In this document: in pieces, positions 9,953 through 19,892 of the stretch | How positions within the stretch are numbered: position 1 is the stretch's first letter | Layout of the letters: every line of letters begins with the position of its first letter | Source of the DNA: Actinomycetota bacterium | GTDB taxonomy: Bacteria; Actinomycetota; Actinomycetes; S36-B12; UBA5976 | Assembly (NCBI GenBank): GCA_026392515.1 | Contig: JAPLBY010000021.1 | Span: 4,606-68,605 of the forward strand | Length of the DNA stretch: 64,000 nt | Reading direction: 5' to 3' | The notes under the pieces: model-generated | The model's database searches: none | The model's input: the letters and a program-made list of their open reading frames with translations, nothing else | What the model was told of the DNA's origin: nothing | Position numbers and translations under genes: made by a program

Positions 9953-10024
9953 TTCCGGTTGCTACTAAATCTACCTTGTCGTGGCGCAGAGACCAGTTTT
10001 AGTGTCGGCATCTAGAATGAAGCA

Positions 10025-11917
10025 GTGACTGATTCGCAAAACCTAGATCCCCTTTTGGGCAAGGTTTTGGAGGGACGCTACAGCGTCGATGAGCTGATCG
10101 CACGTGGCGGAATGGCCACGGTTTATCGTGGCACCGACTTAAGGCTCGGTAGAACCGTAGCTCTCAAAGTGCTCGGCGGCGTTTTAGTAAATGACCCAGA
10201 TTTTGTAGATCGCTTTACCCAAGAAGCACGGGCAACGGCAGCCTTAACTCATCCAAATGTTGTTGCAGTTCACGATCAAGGAATAAGTGAAGGCTTCCCA
10301 TTCTTGGTAATGGAATTCGTACAAGGCAGAACTATTCGCGAAATCATGGCGCAATCTGGACCATTTACTAGTGCCCACGCTTTGGAGATCATAAGTTCAG
10401 TTCTTGCCGGATTGAGTTCAGCTCATGACGCTGGATTCGTCCATCGTGACATCAAGCCAGAAAATGTTTTGATCACGCATGATGGCCACATCAAAGTTAC
10501 AGATTTTGGTTTAGCACGAGTTATCAATGACACTCCGGTTAGCGATTCCACTGGAGCAGTTTTGCTTGGCACTATGGCTTACCTTTCGCCTGAACAGGTT
10601 CAACAGCTTGCCGTTGATCAAAGGTCAGATGTTTACTCGTGCGGCATCTTGCTTTACGAAATGGTTACTGGACTAGTTCCGTTTACTGGATCTTCACCGC
10701 TTGAAGTCGCCTACCAACATGTAAACAGCAGCGTCTCAGCGCCAAGTTCTATCCAGCCTGATGTTCCGCCTGCCGTCGATCATTTAGTTCTTGCGGCCAC
10801 CAGAAAATCTCCAACTGAGCGAATTCAAAGTGCCCGAGAGTTTCGTGATGGCGTGGTGCGCGCTATTTCGGCAGTCCCCCGTGCCGAAGCCCTCACAACA
10901 GCACTTCCGCTACAGAACACGCAAGTGATTCCAACTCCAGTTCGGGGTGCGCACCGAGCTACTGGTGCAGTCCCACTTCAAAAACCAAATCCAGGAGTTG
11001 GACCCAGCGGCGTGCATCGTGAAAGTTCGACAAAGCCCAAGGGTCGAAAATGGGCTCCGCTACTTCTGATCCTGGCACTTTTGGTAGGTGGCGGAACTTG
11101 GTATCAATTCACTGGCAGTTACGAAGTTGTGCCGCCCGTTAGTTCATTAACTGTTGATGAAGCAACCGTTATCTTGGCTCCACTAGAACTCGGTGTTGAA
11201 GTCGTTGAAGAATTTTCCGAAGACATTCCGGCCGGAGTTGTTATTAGAACTGACCCGGCAAGTGGTGAAAATGCTAGAAAAGGGACGCCGGTCACACTTA
11301 TTGTTTCAAAAGGACAAGAGCGTTACTTAATTCCGTCTGACTTAACTGGACAAGATCCAAAGGATGCAACTTCTGCGCTGGAGGCATTAACGCTTGTTGT
11401 CTCTGCTACGAATGAAGTTTTTGATGAAGTGATTCCAGTTGGAAAAGTTGTCAGTACGGATCCAATTGGTGGCACATCAGTTAAGCGAGAAACCCCTGTC
11501 ACAATCTTGGTTTCCAAAGGCCCTGCTCCAGTCGAAGTTCCGCCAATTATCGGCACCTTAATAACAGATGCCACAACAACACTGGGTGCTATTGGACTAA
11601 CGACGGAAACGACTCGAGAAGATTTTGATGACAGCGTAGCTGGCACGATTCTTTCCACGGATCCAATTCCAGGGACCACAGTTCCAAAGGGCACCATTAT
11701 TAAGGTCGTACTCAGCAAAGGCCCAGTTCTAGTAGATGTGCCGAATGTAGTCGGTATGGATGTTGCCACCGCGACAACTACGTTGCAGGGCGCTGGTTTT
11801 CAGGTCAAAACTGTAAACAAATTGACAGTAGCAATTTTAAATAAGGTGTACTCGCAAAATCCCGCAGCTGGATCTAAGGCACCTAAAGGATCTGTTATAA
11901 CGCTAGAAATTGTTTAG
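10025..11917 (+). CDS. Stk1-family PASTA-domain Ser/Thr protein kinase (PknL-like)
   Basis: Motifs IARGGMATVY, VALK, HRDIKPEN, DFG and YLSPEQ, then a TM helix and about four PASTA repeats. Syntenic with the class II DAHP synthase, like pknL. Confidence 0.92.
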   Translation: MTDSQNLDPLLGKVLEGRYSVDELIARGGMATVYRGTDLRLGRTVALKVLGGVLVNDPDFVDRFTQEARATAALTHPNVVAVHDQGISEGFPFLVMEFVQGRTIREIMAQSGPFTSAHALEIISSVLAGLSSAHDAGFVHRDIKPENVLITHDGHIKVTDFGLARVINDTPVSDSTGAVLLGTMAYLSPEQVQQLAVDQRSDVYSCGILLYEMVTGLVPFTGSSPLEVAYQHVNSSVSAPSSIQPDVPPAVDHLVLAATRKSPTERIQSAREFRDGVVRAISAVPRAEALTTALPLQNTQVIPTPVRGAHRATGAVPLQKPNPGVGPSGVHRESSTKPKGRKWAPLLLILALLVGGGTWYQFTGSYEVVPPVSSLTVDEATVILAPLELGVEVVEEFSEDIPAGVVIRTDPASGENARKGTPVTLIVSKGQERYLIPSDLTGQDPKDATSALEALTLVVSATNEVFDEVIPVGKVVSTDPIGGTSVKRETPVTILVSKGPAPVEVPPIIGTLITDATTTLGAIGLTTETTREDFDDSVAGTILSTDPIPGTTVPKGTIIKVVLSKGPVLVDVPNVVGMDVATATTTLQGAGFQVKTVNKLTVAILNKVYSQNPAAGSKAPKGSVITLEIV

Positions 11918-11921
11918 GTTA

Positions 11922-13250
11922 TTACTTTCGATCCCGCAGCATGTCTGCAACCTGGAAAGCCAAATCCAAACTTTGGATGCGATTCAATCTCGGGTCGCAT
12001 GCAGTCTCGTACCTAAATGGTAGATCAGTTTCGCTAACTCCCCCGATGCCACCCAAGCATTCAGTCACATCATCTCCGGTTAATTCGATATGAATTCCAC
12101 CTGGATGAGTTCCTTGCGCCTTATGTACTTCGAAGAATCCGCGAACTTCGTCAATAACATCATCTAGCAACCGAGTCTTGTGTCCAGATGCTGCTTCCGT
12201 GGTGTTGCCATGCATCGGATCGCAAACCCATAAAACTGGATGATCCGTTTTTTGCACCGCAGCAACAAGCTTCGGCAGAACATTTCTGATATTGCCAGCA
12301 CCCATTCGGGTTATGAACATCAATCGTCCTGGTATTTTTTCTGGATTCAGCTTTTCAAGTAATCCCAAGATGTCGGCTTCGGTTGTTTTTGGACCGATCT
12401 TGACACCAATTGGATTCTTGATTTTTGAAACGAAATCAATATGTGCGCCGTCAAGTTCGCGAGTTCTTTCGCCAACCCAAACAAAGTGGCCAGATACGTC
12501 ATATAGATTTCCAGTTCGCGAATCTACTCGAGTTAGTGGCTTTTCGTAATCCAGTAACAGTGCTTCGTGGCTGGCGTAGAAATCAGCGCGCTTGAATTCC
12601 TCGGGATCTGCGCCACATGCCGTCATGAATGAAAGGGCGCGATCAATCTCTGCCGCCATTTCCTCGTAACGCTTGCCAGGTGTTGATTCACTAACAAAGT
12701 CTTGGTTCCAAGAATGAACCTGGCGTAAATCTGCGTACCCACCTTGTGTAAAAGCGCGCACTAAATTCAAAGTGGCGGCACTTGCATGGTAAGTCTGAAC
12801 CAATCGCATCGGATCTGGTTCGCGAGACTCTTTTGTGAACTCAAGTCCATTTACTGCATCACCGCGGTATGACGGCAGGCTAACCCCATCGATGGTTTCT
12901 TCCGATGAACTGCGCGGCTTACCGTACTGCCCGGCGATACGACCGATCTTGACCACCGGCATTGATGCGCCATAAGTCAAAACGATTGCCATCTGAAGAA
13001 CAGTCTTCAAGCGAGCCCGAATTGAGTCGGCAGTATTGGCCACAAAGGTCTCGGCGCAATCCCCGCCCATCAAGACAAAAGCATCGCCATTAGTGGCAGC
13101 TGCCAGTCGAGATTTAAGTTCATCGCATTCGCCAGCGAAAACTAGTGGTGGCAATGTCGCCAAAATTTGCTGGGCATGGGCAAGTCCCTCAGCAGTTGGC
13201 CAGGTTGGTTGCTGGGCTGCTGGCAGATTAGGCCAAGAAATCTCACTCAC
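11922..13250 (-). CDS. Class II 3-deoxy-7-phosphoheptulonate (DAHP) synthase
   Basis: Motifs GGDCAE, RIAGQYGKPRS, WVGERTR, CDPMHGNT and CDPRLN. Confidence 0.95.
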   Translation of the reverse strand: MSEISWPNLPAAQQPTWPTAEGLAHAQQILATLPPLVFAGECDELKSRLAAATNGDAFVLMGGDCAETFVANTADSIRARLKTVLQMAIVLTYGASMPVVKIGRIAGQYGKPRSSSEETIDGVSLPSYRGDAVNGLEFTKESREPDPMRLVQTYHASAATLNLVRAFTQGGYADLRQVHSWNQDFVSESTPGKRYEEMAAEIDRALSFMTACGADPEEFKRADFYASHEALLLDYEKPLTRVDSRTGNLYDVSGHFVWVGERTRELDGAHIDFVSKIKNPIGVKIGPKTTEADILGLLEKLNPEKIPGRLMFITRMGAGNIRNVLPKLVAAVQKTDHPVLWVCDPMHGNTTEAASGHKTRLLDDVIDEVRGFFEVHKAQGTHPGGIHIELTGDDVTECLGGIGGVSETDLPFRYETACDPRLNRIQSLDLAFQVADMLRDRK

Positions 13251-13332
13251 ATCCCTAGATTAGTGGCGATTCTGGCGGTTCACTAAATCTGCAAATCCCA
13301 TTGCGCAAGTAGCCCACGACTAGAATTGCCAT

Positions 13333-14553
13333 ATGCCAATCAAAAAAGTTGCACTGCTTACTGCCGGCGGACTTGCTCCGTGTCTATCTTCGGCTGTTGG
13401 TGCACTGATTGAGGAGTACTCCAAAGTGGCACCAGAGGTTGAAATTATTGCTTATCGCAATGGTTATCGCGGACTTTTGTTGGGCGATTCAATCACTATC
13501 ACTCCTGAAATTCGAAATCAGGCCCATCTGTTGCAGGCATTTGGTGGCAGCCCAATTGGTAACTCCCGGGTCAAGCTAACCAATATCGATGACTGCGTAA
13601 AGCGCGGTTTGGTTGCCCCAGGCCAAGACCCACAACAAGTGGCGGCCGATCAATTAATTGCGGACGGTGTTGATGTTCTGCACACAATTGGGGGCGACGA
13701 TACCAATACAGCAGCCGCCGATTTAGCAGCATTCTTAGCCAAGAACAATTACGGACTTGGCGTCGTTGGCTTGCCAAAAACAATTGACAACGATGTCTAC
13801 CCAATCGTGCAATCACTAGGTGCATGGACTGCCGCTGACGAAGGTGCCCACCATTTCAGCAACATAGTTTCCGAGCACAGCTCAAATACCAAGATGTTGA
13901 TTGTGCATGAAGTTATGGGACGCCATTGCGGCTGGTTAACGGCTGCAACTGCTGTTGCCTATCGCGGCGTGCTCGATGACATGAAATGGTTACCTGAATT
14001 AGGTGTTGCTCGAGAAAATCGTGAAGTCCATGCGGTCTATGTTCCAGAGTTAGAAATTGATGTAAGTTCCGAAGCAAAGCGTCTTAGCTCGGTTATGAAT
14101 CAAGTTGGAAACGTAAACATATTTTTGTCTGAAGGCGCTGGCGTGGATTCGATAGTTGCTGAAATGAAAAGTCGCGGCGAAGAAATTCCGCTAGATCCAT
14201 TTGGACACGTGAAGATCGACAAGATTAACCCTGGTGCATGGTTTGCAGATCAATTCGCTCCGATGATCGGTGCGGAAAAAGTCTTGGTTCAAAAGAGTGG
14301 TTACTACTCGCGCTCAGCTCCAGCAAATAAAAAGGATCAAGCACTTATTAGAGAGTGCGCCGTTGTCGCAGTTCGATCTGCGCTAGACGGAATTAGTGGC
14401 CTTGTTGGACAAGATGAAGATCAGGCAAATCTGATTCGGGCCTGTGAATTTGATCGAGTTGCAGGTGCAAAACCGTTTAATACTGAGCAGTCGTGGTTTA
14501 ACACTTTGTTAAGTGACATCGGTCAGCCTAAGGGAAAACTGTTAAACCACTAA
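13333..14553 (+). CDS. pfp: Pyrophosphate-dependent phosphofructokinase
   Basis: Motifs TAGGLAPCLS, IGGDDTNT (GGDD indicates PPi type), PKTIDND and EVMGR. Confidence 0.93.
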   Translation: MPIKKVALLTAGGLAPCLSSAVGALIEEYSKVAPEVEIIAYRNGYRGLLLGDSITITPEIRNQAHLLQAFGGSPIGNSRVKLTNIDDCVKRGLVAPGQDPQQVAADQLIADGVDVLHTIGGDDTNTAAADLAAFLAKNNYGLGVVGLPKTIDNDVYPIVQSLGAWTAADEGAHHFSNIVSEHSSNTKMLIVHEVMGRHCGWLTAATAVAYRGVLDDMKWLPELGVARENREVHAVYVPELEIDVSSEAKRLSSVMNQVGNVNIFLSEGAGVDSIVAEMKSRGEEIPLDPFGHVKIDKINPGAWFADQFAPMIGAEKVLVQKSGYYSRSAPANKKDQALIRECAVVAVRSALDGISGLVGQDEDQANLIRACEFDRVAGAKPFNTEQSWFNTLLSDIGQPKGKLLNH

Positions 14554-14564
14554 TCAGTCAAGGC

Positions 14565-15257
14565 TTATTCAGGACGCTTTGATCGTGATGCGTATTTGTC
14601 GACATACTCTTGTCCTGACAAATCCATAATTCGGTACATGATTTCATCCGTCAATGAACGTAAGACGAATCGATCATCTTCCATTCCGTAGTAGCGGGAG
14701 AAATCAAGTGGTTCACCAATTCGAATTCCTACTTCAACACCAAAATTTGGACGCGACTTTCCAATTGGTTGCACCATCTCGGTGTTAATCATCGCAACTG
14801 GAATGACAGGAACTTTCGCTTCCAGTGCCATACGTGCTACCCCAGTTTTACCTCGGTATAGCCGGCCATCTGATGATCTAGTTCCTTCTGGATAAATTCC
14901 CAGCAAATGTCCTTCACTTAGCAGGCGAACCCCAGTACTGATTGCAGCTGTGCTGGCATTGCCGCCAGTGCGATCAACTGGTACTTGGCCGGCGCCTCTG
15001 AAGAATGCTGCAGTTGCTTTACCTCGAACGCCAGGACCTTCGAAGTATTCACTCTTAGCCATAAATGTAATTTTTCGTGGCACTGCAATTGGTAAAAAGA
15101 TTGAGTCAGAAAAAGACAGGTGATTACTCGCCAAAATAGCTGAGCCAGTCTCTGGAATATTCTCTAGACCTTCAACCCAAGGGTGAAAAGCGACTTCGAT
15201 TGCCGGGCCAATGGCAACCTTTTTCAGAAACTTGTAGAACTTATCGCTTTCAGACAC
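14565..15257 (-). CDS. plsC: 1-acyl-sn-glycerol-3-phosphate acyltransferase
   Basis: Motifs NHLSFSD (HxxxxD) and YPEGTRS. Confidence 0.9.
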   Translation of the reverse strand: MSESDKFYKFLKKVAIGPAIEVAFHPWVEGLENIPETGSAILASNHLSFSDSIFLPIAVPRKITFMAKSEYFEGPGVRGKATAAFFRGAGQVPVDRTGGNASTAAISTGVRLLSEGHLLGIYPEGTRSSDGRLYRGKTGVARMALEAKVPVIPVAMINTEMVQPIGKSRPNFGVEVGIRIGEPLDFSRYYGMEDDRFVLRSLTDEIMYRIMDLSGQEYVDKYASRSKRPE

Positions 15258-15390
15258 ACCCTTACGGTAGCCAACGTCAGCGGTATCAGCAATTACCGCC
15301 CTGGAAAATGGTCAGTTTTAGTGGTTTCGGGACCAGATTTAGATTTCCTGGGTTACCCTCTCTTAGGGCTTTTTACGGAAAGGTGCCAAA

Positions 15391-17187
15391 GTGCGCGAAT
15401 TGTCTGTACCAGCGAATATTCCTCCGGTTTCAAGTGGAAATGTAACTGATCAAATTGAAGACCTGTTTGCCCGAAATCCGCAGTTTCCATCAGTATCTAT
15501 TCAAACTGATGATGAGTGGAGCACTATTACTGCAGCGCAATTCCGGGAACAAGTGCGCAATGTTGCCAAAGGCTTAATCGCTGAGGGTCTAAATGCAGGA
15601 GACCGTATCGCGATTCTGTCTCGCACTAGATACGAATGGACTGTGGCAGATTACGCAATCTGGTACGCCGGATGTGTAACAGTGCCAATTTACGAAACTT
15701 CCTCGCCTGAGCAAGTTGAATGGATCGTTTCGGATTCGCATGTAGTTGCAACTTTCTTTGAAGCCCAGCGAACCACTCATGCCTTCCAACCAATTGCAGC
15801 AAAAGTTCCACACATGACACGCTCGTACATATTCAGCGATGACGTGTTAGCTGAATTAGCTCGTAAAGGTGCAAACGTTTCGGATTCGGAACTTGAGTCT
15901 CGACGAACATCTGCTGGCCCAAGTGATCCAGCTACTTTGATTTACACCTCGGGAACTACTGGTCAGCCAAAGGGTTGCATCATTACGCATGGAAATCTCA
16001 TAGCTGAAGTGGATACTTTGGTGAAAGCGGTTCCAGAAATATTCGATGTACCAGAAGCTTCCACACTTATCTTCTTGCCACTTGCCCACGTTTTCGGACG
16101 TTTGATTCAAGTTGCTATGTTGCGCGGCGAAGTGACTATCGGTCACTGCCCTAACCCAACAGCATTACTTAAGGATCTTGGTTCCTTTAAGCCAACGTTC
16201 TTACTAGCGGTACCTCGAGTATTTGAAAAAGTCTTTAATGGGTCGGCTGCTAAGGCACATGAAGCAAGTCCAGTTAAAGGCAAAATATTTGACCGAGCTG
16301 CAGCAACTGCTATTGCCTATAGCGAGGCTCTTGATCACGGCCACGTTTCAAAGGGTCTATCTATTAAGCATGGACTTTTCGACAAGTTGGTTTACTCCAA
16401 GTTGCGCCACGCAATGGGCGGTCGAGTAACGCACGCAATTTCCGGTGGAGCTGCACTTGGATCTCGGTTAGGACATTTTTACCGAGGTATTGGGTTGATA
16501 ATTCTGGAAGGCTACGGTCTAACTGAAACAACTGCTGGCAGCACTCTTAACTTGCCTTCAGCTTTAAAGATTGGCTCAGTTGGTCGTCCACTGCCAGGCA
16601 CCGGTGCCCGCATTGAATCTGATGGAGAGATCTTGCTAAAGGGACCACACGTCTTTGCTGGTTACTGGAACAACGACGCGGCAACTGCAGAGGCTATGAC
16701 CTCTGATGGTTGGTTCCGAACTGGCGACATTGGTGAACTTGATGGTGAAGGCTACTTGAGAATTACCGGTCGCAAGAAAGAACTCATTGTTACCGCTGGT
16801 GGTAAGAATGTTGCGCCTGCCGTACTTGAAGATCGACTTCGGGCAAATCCGATCATCAGCCAGTGTGTCGTAGTTGGTGACAACAAGCCTTACATTGGTG
16901 CATTGGTCACATTGGATCAGGATGCCTTGCCACAGATTTTGGCTGCTAACAACATTGAATCTGCTCCGATGTCTGACTTGATTCAAAATGCAGACGTGCG
17001 TGCTCTGGTTCAGAAAGCAGTTAACGCTGCCAATGAAGCAGTTTCGAATTCTGAAGCGATCAAGAAGTTTGTAATCTTGCAGGAAGATTTAACGATTGAC
17101 AATGGCTACTTAACTCCAAAAATGAGTATTCGTAGACATTTGATTGTTCAGGATTTCGCAGGTGACATTGAAGGTCTTTACGCTTAA
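15391..17187 (+). CDS. Long-chain fatty acid-CoA ligase (FadD15-like)
   Basis: Motifs IYTSGTTGQPKG, EGYGLTET, WFRTGD and LTPKMSIRR. Confidence 0.92.
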   Translation: MRELSVPANIPPVSSGNVTDQIEDLFARNPQFPSVSIQTDDEWSTITAAQFREQVRNVAKGLIAEGLNAGDRIAILSRTRYEWTVADYAIWYAGCVTVPIYETSSPEQVEWIVSDSHVVATFFEAQRTTHAFQPIAAKVPHMTRSYIFSDDVLAELARKGANVSDSELESRRTSAGPSDPATLIYTSGTTGQPKGCIITHGNLIAEVDTLVKAVPEIFDVPEASTLIFLPLAHVFGRLIQVAMLRGEVTIGHCPNPTALLKDLGSFKPTFLLAVPRVFEKVFNGSAAKAHEASPVKGKIFDRAAATAIAYSEALDHGHVSKGLSIKHGLFDKLVYSKLRHAMGGRVTHAISGGAALGSRLGHFYRGIGLIILEGYGLTETTAGSTLNLPSALKIGSVGRPLPGTGARIESDGEILLKGPHVFAGYWNNDAATAEAMTSDGWFRTGDIGELDGEGYLRITGRKKELIVTAGGKNVAPAVLEDRLRANPIISQCVVVGDNKPYIGALVTLDQDALPQILAANNIESAPMSDLIQNADVRALVQKAVNAANEAVSNSEAIKKFVILQEDLTIDNGYLTPKMSIRRHLIVQDFAGDIEGLYA

Positions 17188-17221
17188 TTCAGATCACGGC
17201 TTTTAACAAGATCGGAAATTC

Positions 17222-18400
17222 ATGCGAGTAATGCCCCTAGCTTTAGGTTGGGTTGCTACAAGAGCTTGGGTTTTACTATCTGGTTTTGGCTTGATCTTCT
17301 ATCCAGAATCTGAATTCCTATTTAGCGATGTCCGCCTATACGACTGGTGGGCTGGCAACATTGCAGATTCGTTCTTTCCAATCAACGATCCAATGTGGCA
17401 ATACCCGCCGCTAGCTGCCGTGGTATTTCTGGCTGGGTACTTGTTAGCTGGGAATACGGTTGGGTTTGTTTTCTTGGCAACTGTTGCGGACTTAGCGATT
17501 TTCTTACTCTTAGCCCGGACTGGAAGAGAGAAAGAAAACTCTACGCCAGCATTTATTTGGATGCTTGCCCCACTGATAATGGGTCCTATCATCCTGGGTC
17601 GGTTTGATGTTTTTGTAACTTTGGCAGCCGTCGCTGCATTGCTCTATGTGGGACAGGCCCGCAAGTTTGGAATTGCGATTGCAATTGGCGCACTCTTAAA
17701 GGTGTGGCCAGTGCTCTTGTTACTTGCAACACCCAAGGGTTCAGCACTGAAAGTCATCACTTGGTTCGCTGGCACATTTGGCGCAGGAAGTTTGCTACTG
17801 AGTCTTTGGTGGAGTGAGAGTTTTTCATTTATCGGTGGTCAGCGGTCTCGCGGACTACAGATTGAATCCGTAGGCGCGCTTCCCTATCAGCTTTGGAATG
17901 CTGGCCCTGGCAATGTTTCGTCAGCATTTCAATTTGGTGCGATAGAAGTTGTTGCTTCCGGAACTTCATTTGTTTCTTTGCTCATCACCTTGGTTGGCGT
18001 GGCTTTGCTTGGAACTCTCTTTTTTTGGAGAGTCACTGGCAGATTGAATTCTGCTAATCCAGCGGACATTGCATTACTCGCAGTTTTGATTTCCATTGTG
18101 ACCAGCCGCGTGCTTTCTCCGCAGTACATGGTTTGGGTATTTGGTTTACTTGCCGTCAGCGCCTTTAGTCCTCAACGAAACTTCAAAAAGATTTCAATTT
18201 TGATTTGCATTAGTGCCGGGATTGGGCAAGTTATTTATCCGTGGTGGTACCTAAGTCTTCAGCAAGGCGGTGTGCACGCAGTTGCTGCGCACGCGATCCG
18301 AATCTTAACTCTGCTTTGGGCAACTGCGATTGCCTGGAATAACTTGAGGGAAGTTAGTCAGAAAAATCCAAGCCAGACAGCAATCCATCCAGCTTCTTAA
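17222..18400 (+). CDS. GT87/DUF2029 membrane glycosyltransferase (mannosyltransferase-like)
   Basis: Motifs SDVRLY, WQYPP, GRFD, KVWP, RGLQIES and SRVLSPQY in a polytopic membrane protein. Confidence 0.8.
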   Translation: MRVMPLALGWVATRAWVLLSGFGLIFYPESEFLFSDVRLYDWWAGNIADSFFPINDPMWQYPPLAAVVFLAGYLLAGNTVGFVFLATVADLAIFLLLARTGREKENSTPAFIWMLAPLIMGPIILGRFDVFVTLAAVAALLYVGQARKFGIAIAIGALLKVWPVLLLLATPKGSALKVITWFAGTFGAGSLLLSLWWSESFSFIGGQRSRGLQIESVGALPYQLWNAGPGNVSSAFQFGAIEVVASGTSFVSLLITLVGVALLGTLFFWRVTGRLNSANPADIALLAVLISIVTSRVLSPQYMVWVFGLLAVSAFSPQRNFKKISILICISAGIGQVIYPWWYLSLQQGGVHAVAAHAIRILTLLWATAIAWNNLREVSQKNPSQTAIHPAS

Positions 18401-19502
18401 AGCTTTGATCCCAGGTCCACTCTTGGGTAACCCAATTTCTTCCGGCTTCACCCATCCCTTCTGCAACATCAGGATTTGCAAATAGATATGCAATGCGCCC
18501 AGCAATCTCTGCGGTATTTGTGCCATCAACTAAAAACCCAGTTTCACCATTCACAACTGCATCTACGGCGCCGCCACTGTCACCCACGATTACTGGTAAT
18601 CCTGTTGCAGAACCTTCCAGGAAAACAATGCCGAGTCCTTCAACATCCCAGCCACCCATGCGAGTTCGGCACGGCATTGCAAAGATGTCTCCGGCTGCGT
18701 ACCACTTCGACAATTCGGTTTGGCGAACTTTGCCGGTTAGGTGAACAAATCCCTCAAGTCCCAATTTTTTGACTAGCTGTTCCAAATCTTTTCGATATGG
18801 GCCATCACCAACAATGATCAAACTGGCATTAGGTGCGGTCTGCTGAATTTTAGGCAAAGCCCGAATCAATTCATCTTGACCTTTACGAGCCATCAGTCGG
18901 GATACACAAACAATTACTGGTCGATCAATCCAACCAAGTTCAGCTCTTAGTTGATTTCCAGAGCCCAAGTTGTCTGGTGAAAATTCGGTGGAATCAACAC
19001 CTGGAACGATTCGTCGCATTCTTGCCGCAGCATCTGGACTTAATGCTTTAGCAATCTTTTTATGCGTGTACTCACTGATGTAAGTCAAGTAATCGGTGTC
19101 ATTACCAATTTTGCGCAATGCCTGGCGAGTACCTGGCGTCATTGCCCAACCGGTTTCGTGACCTTGAGTCATGCCAACAATGTTTGTTACACCTAGTTTT
19201 CGAAGGGGCGAAGCCAGCAAACCAAGCGGTGCTGCGGCACCAAACAAAACTCGCGTGATGTTCTCGGCTACCACGATCTCTCGCGCCAAAGACAAAGTTG
19301 ATTTCGACGGCACAAGTGTCTGGGTATTTGCTCGAACTATTTTGAAATCTTGGGCGGCATCAAACTCTGCTGCGCCTTCCCAATCCGAAGTAAGTACGGT
19401 TACTGATTCTGGATCAAATCTACGAACGATCTCATAGCCAAAAGTTTGAATTCCACCAGGACGGGGCGGGAAGTCATTGGTGATAACAAGAGTCCGACCC
19501 AT
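18354..19502 (-). CDS. pimB: GT4 glycosyltransferase, phosphatidylinositol mannoside mannosyltransferase PimB-like
   Basis: Motifs LVITNDFPPRPGGIQ, VSRLMARKGQD and DVEGLGIVFLE. Syntenic with fadD15 as in mycobacteria. Confidence 0.8.
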   Translation of the reverse strand: MGRTLVITNDFPPRPGGIQTFGYEIVRRFDPESVTVLTSDWEGAAEFDAAQDFKIVRANTQTLVPSKSTLSLAREIVVAENITRVLFGAAAPLGLLASPLRKLGVTNIVGMTQGHETGWAMTPGTRQALRKIGNDTDYLTYISEYTHKKIAKALSPDAAARMRRIVPGVDSTEFSPDNLGSGNQLRAELGWIDRPVIVCVSRLMARKGQDELIRALPKIQQTAPNASLIIVGDGPYRKDLEQLVKKLGLEGFVHLTGKVRQTELSKWYAAGDIFAMPCRTRMGGWDVEGLGIVFLEGSATGLPVIVGDSGGAVDAVVNGETGFLVDGTNTAEIAGRIAYLFANPDVAEGMGEAGRNWVTQEWTWDQSFKKLDGLLSGLDFSD

Positions 19503-19544
19503 GGTTACATCTTGCCGTATTAGGTCATTCGGATGAAAAATGCA

Positions 19545-19748
19545 TCACTGTGCAATGGCTGCGGAATGATCTGGTGTTGAATCACCCTTAATCAAGCGAA
19601 GCGGTGCCACCAAACCGGCTGTGGCTAACACATCTAAGACATCTTTATGTGGATCAAGTGATTCCGGCATAGGACCTAGAAGTGCTGTTACAACACAATC
19701 TGAGCAAGCAATGTCGCGCATAATGCAGCTCGAGCAATCAATTAACAT
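19545..19748 (-). CDS. Small Cys-rich conserved hypothetical protein (CxxC-x6-CxxC)
   Basis: MLIDCSSCIMRDIACSDCVV...LVAPLRL, with an AGGAG RBS upstream. Lies divergent from the DEDD nuclease. Confidence 0.75.
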   Translation of the reverse strand: MLIDCSSCIMRDIACSDCVVTALLGPMPESLDPHKDVLDVLATAGLVAPLRLIKGDSTPDHSAAIAQ

Positions 19749-19787
19749 ACTGGGCTCCTAAAAGCTTCGGTTGTCTAACTGCTGCCA

Positions 19788-19809
19788 ACGATATGAGAGC
19801 CCTCCGACA
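19788..19809 (-). promoter_or_regulatory. RecA-NDp (PafBC-dependent) DNA-damage promoter for the Cys-rich small gene
   Basis: The minus strand reads TGTCGG-agggctctca-TATCGT, matching the consensus TGTCRG-N10-TA-N3-T. Confidence 0.75.
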
Positions 19810-19863
19810 GTTTTACTGGTCGTGTCGCGTGGTGTGGCGAAATGCCTGCTCTGGTCCTGGATT

Positions 19864-19885
19864 TGTCGGTGTTTGCAGATAAAGT
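19864..19885 (+). promoter_or_regulatory. RecA-NDp (PafBC-dependent) promoter for the DEDD/GIY-YIG nuclease, leaderless
   Basis: TGTCGG-tgtttgcaga-TAAAGT, with the ATG at 19893 lying 7 nt downstream of the -10. Confidence 0.8.
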
Positions 19886-19892
19886 CCCCATT

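Noticed and set aside
10003-10018. TGTCGG upstream of the kinase as a PafBC promoter
   Set aside because: The spacing to the -10 is 4 nt rather than the required 10.
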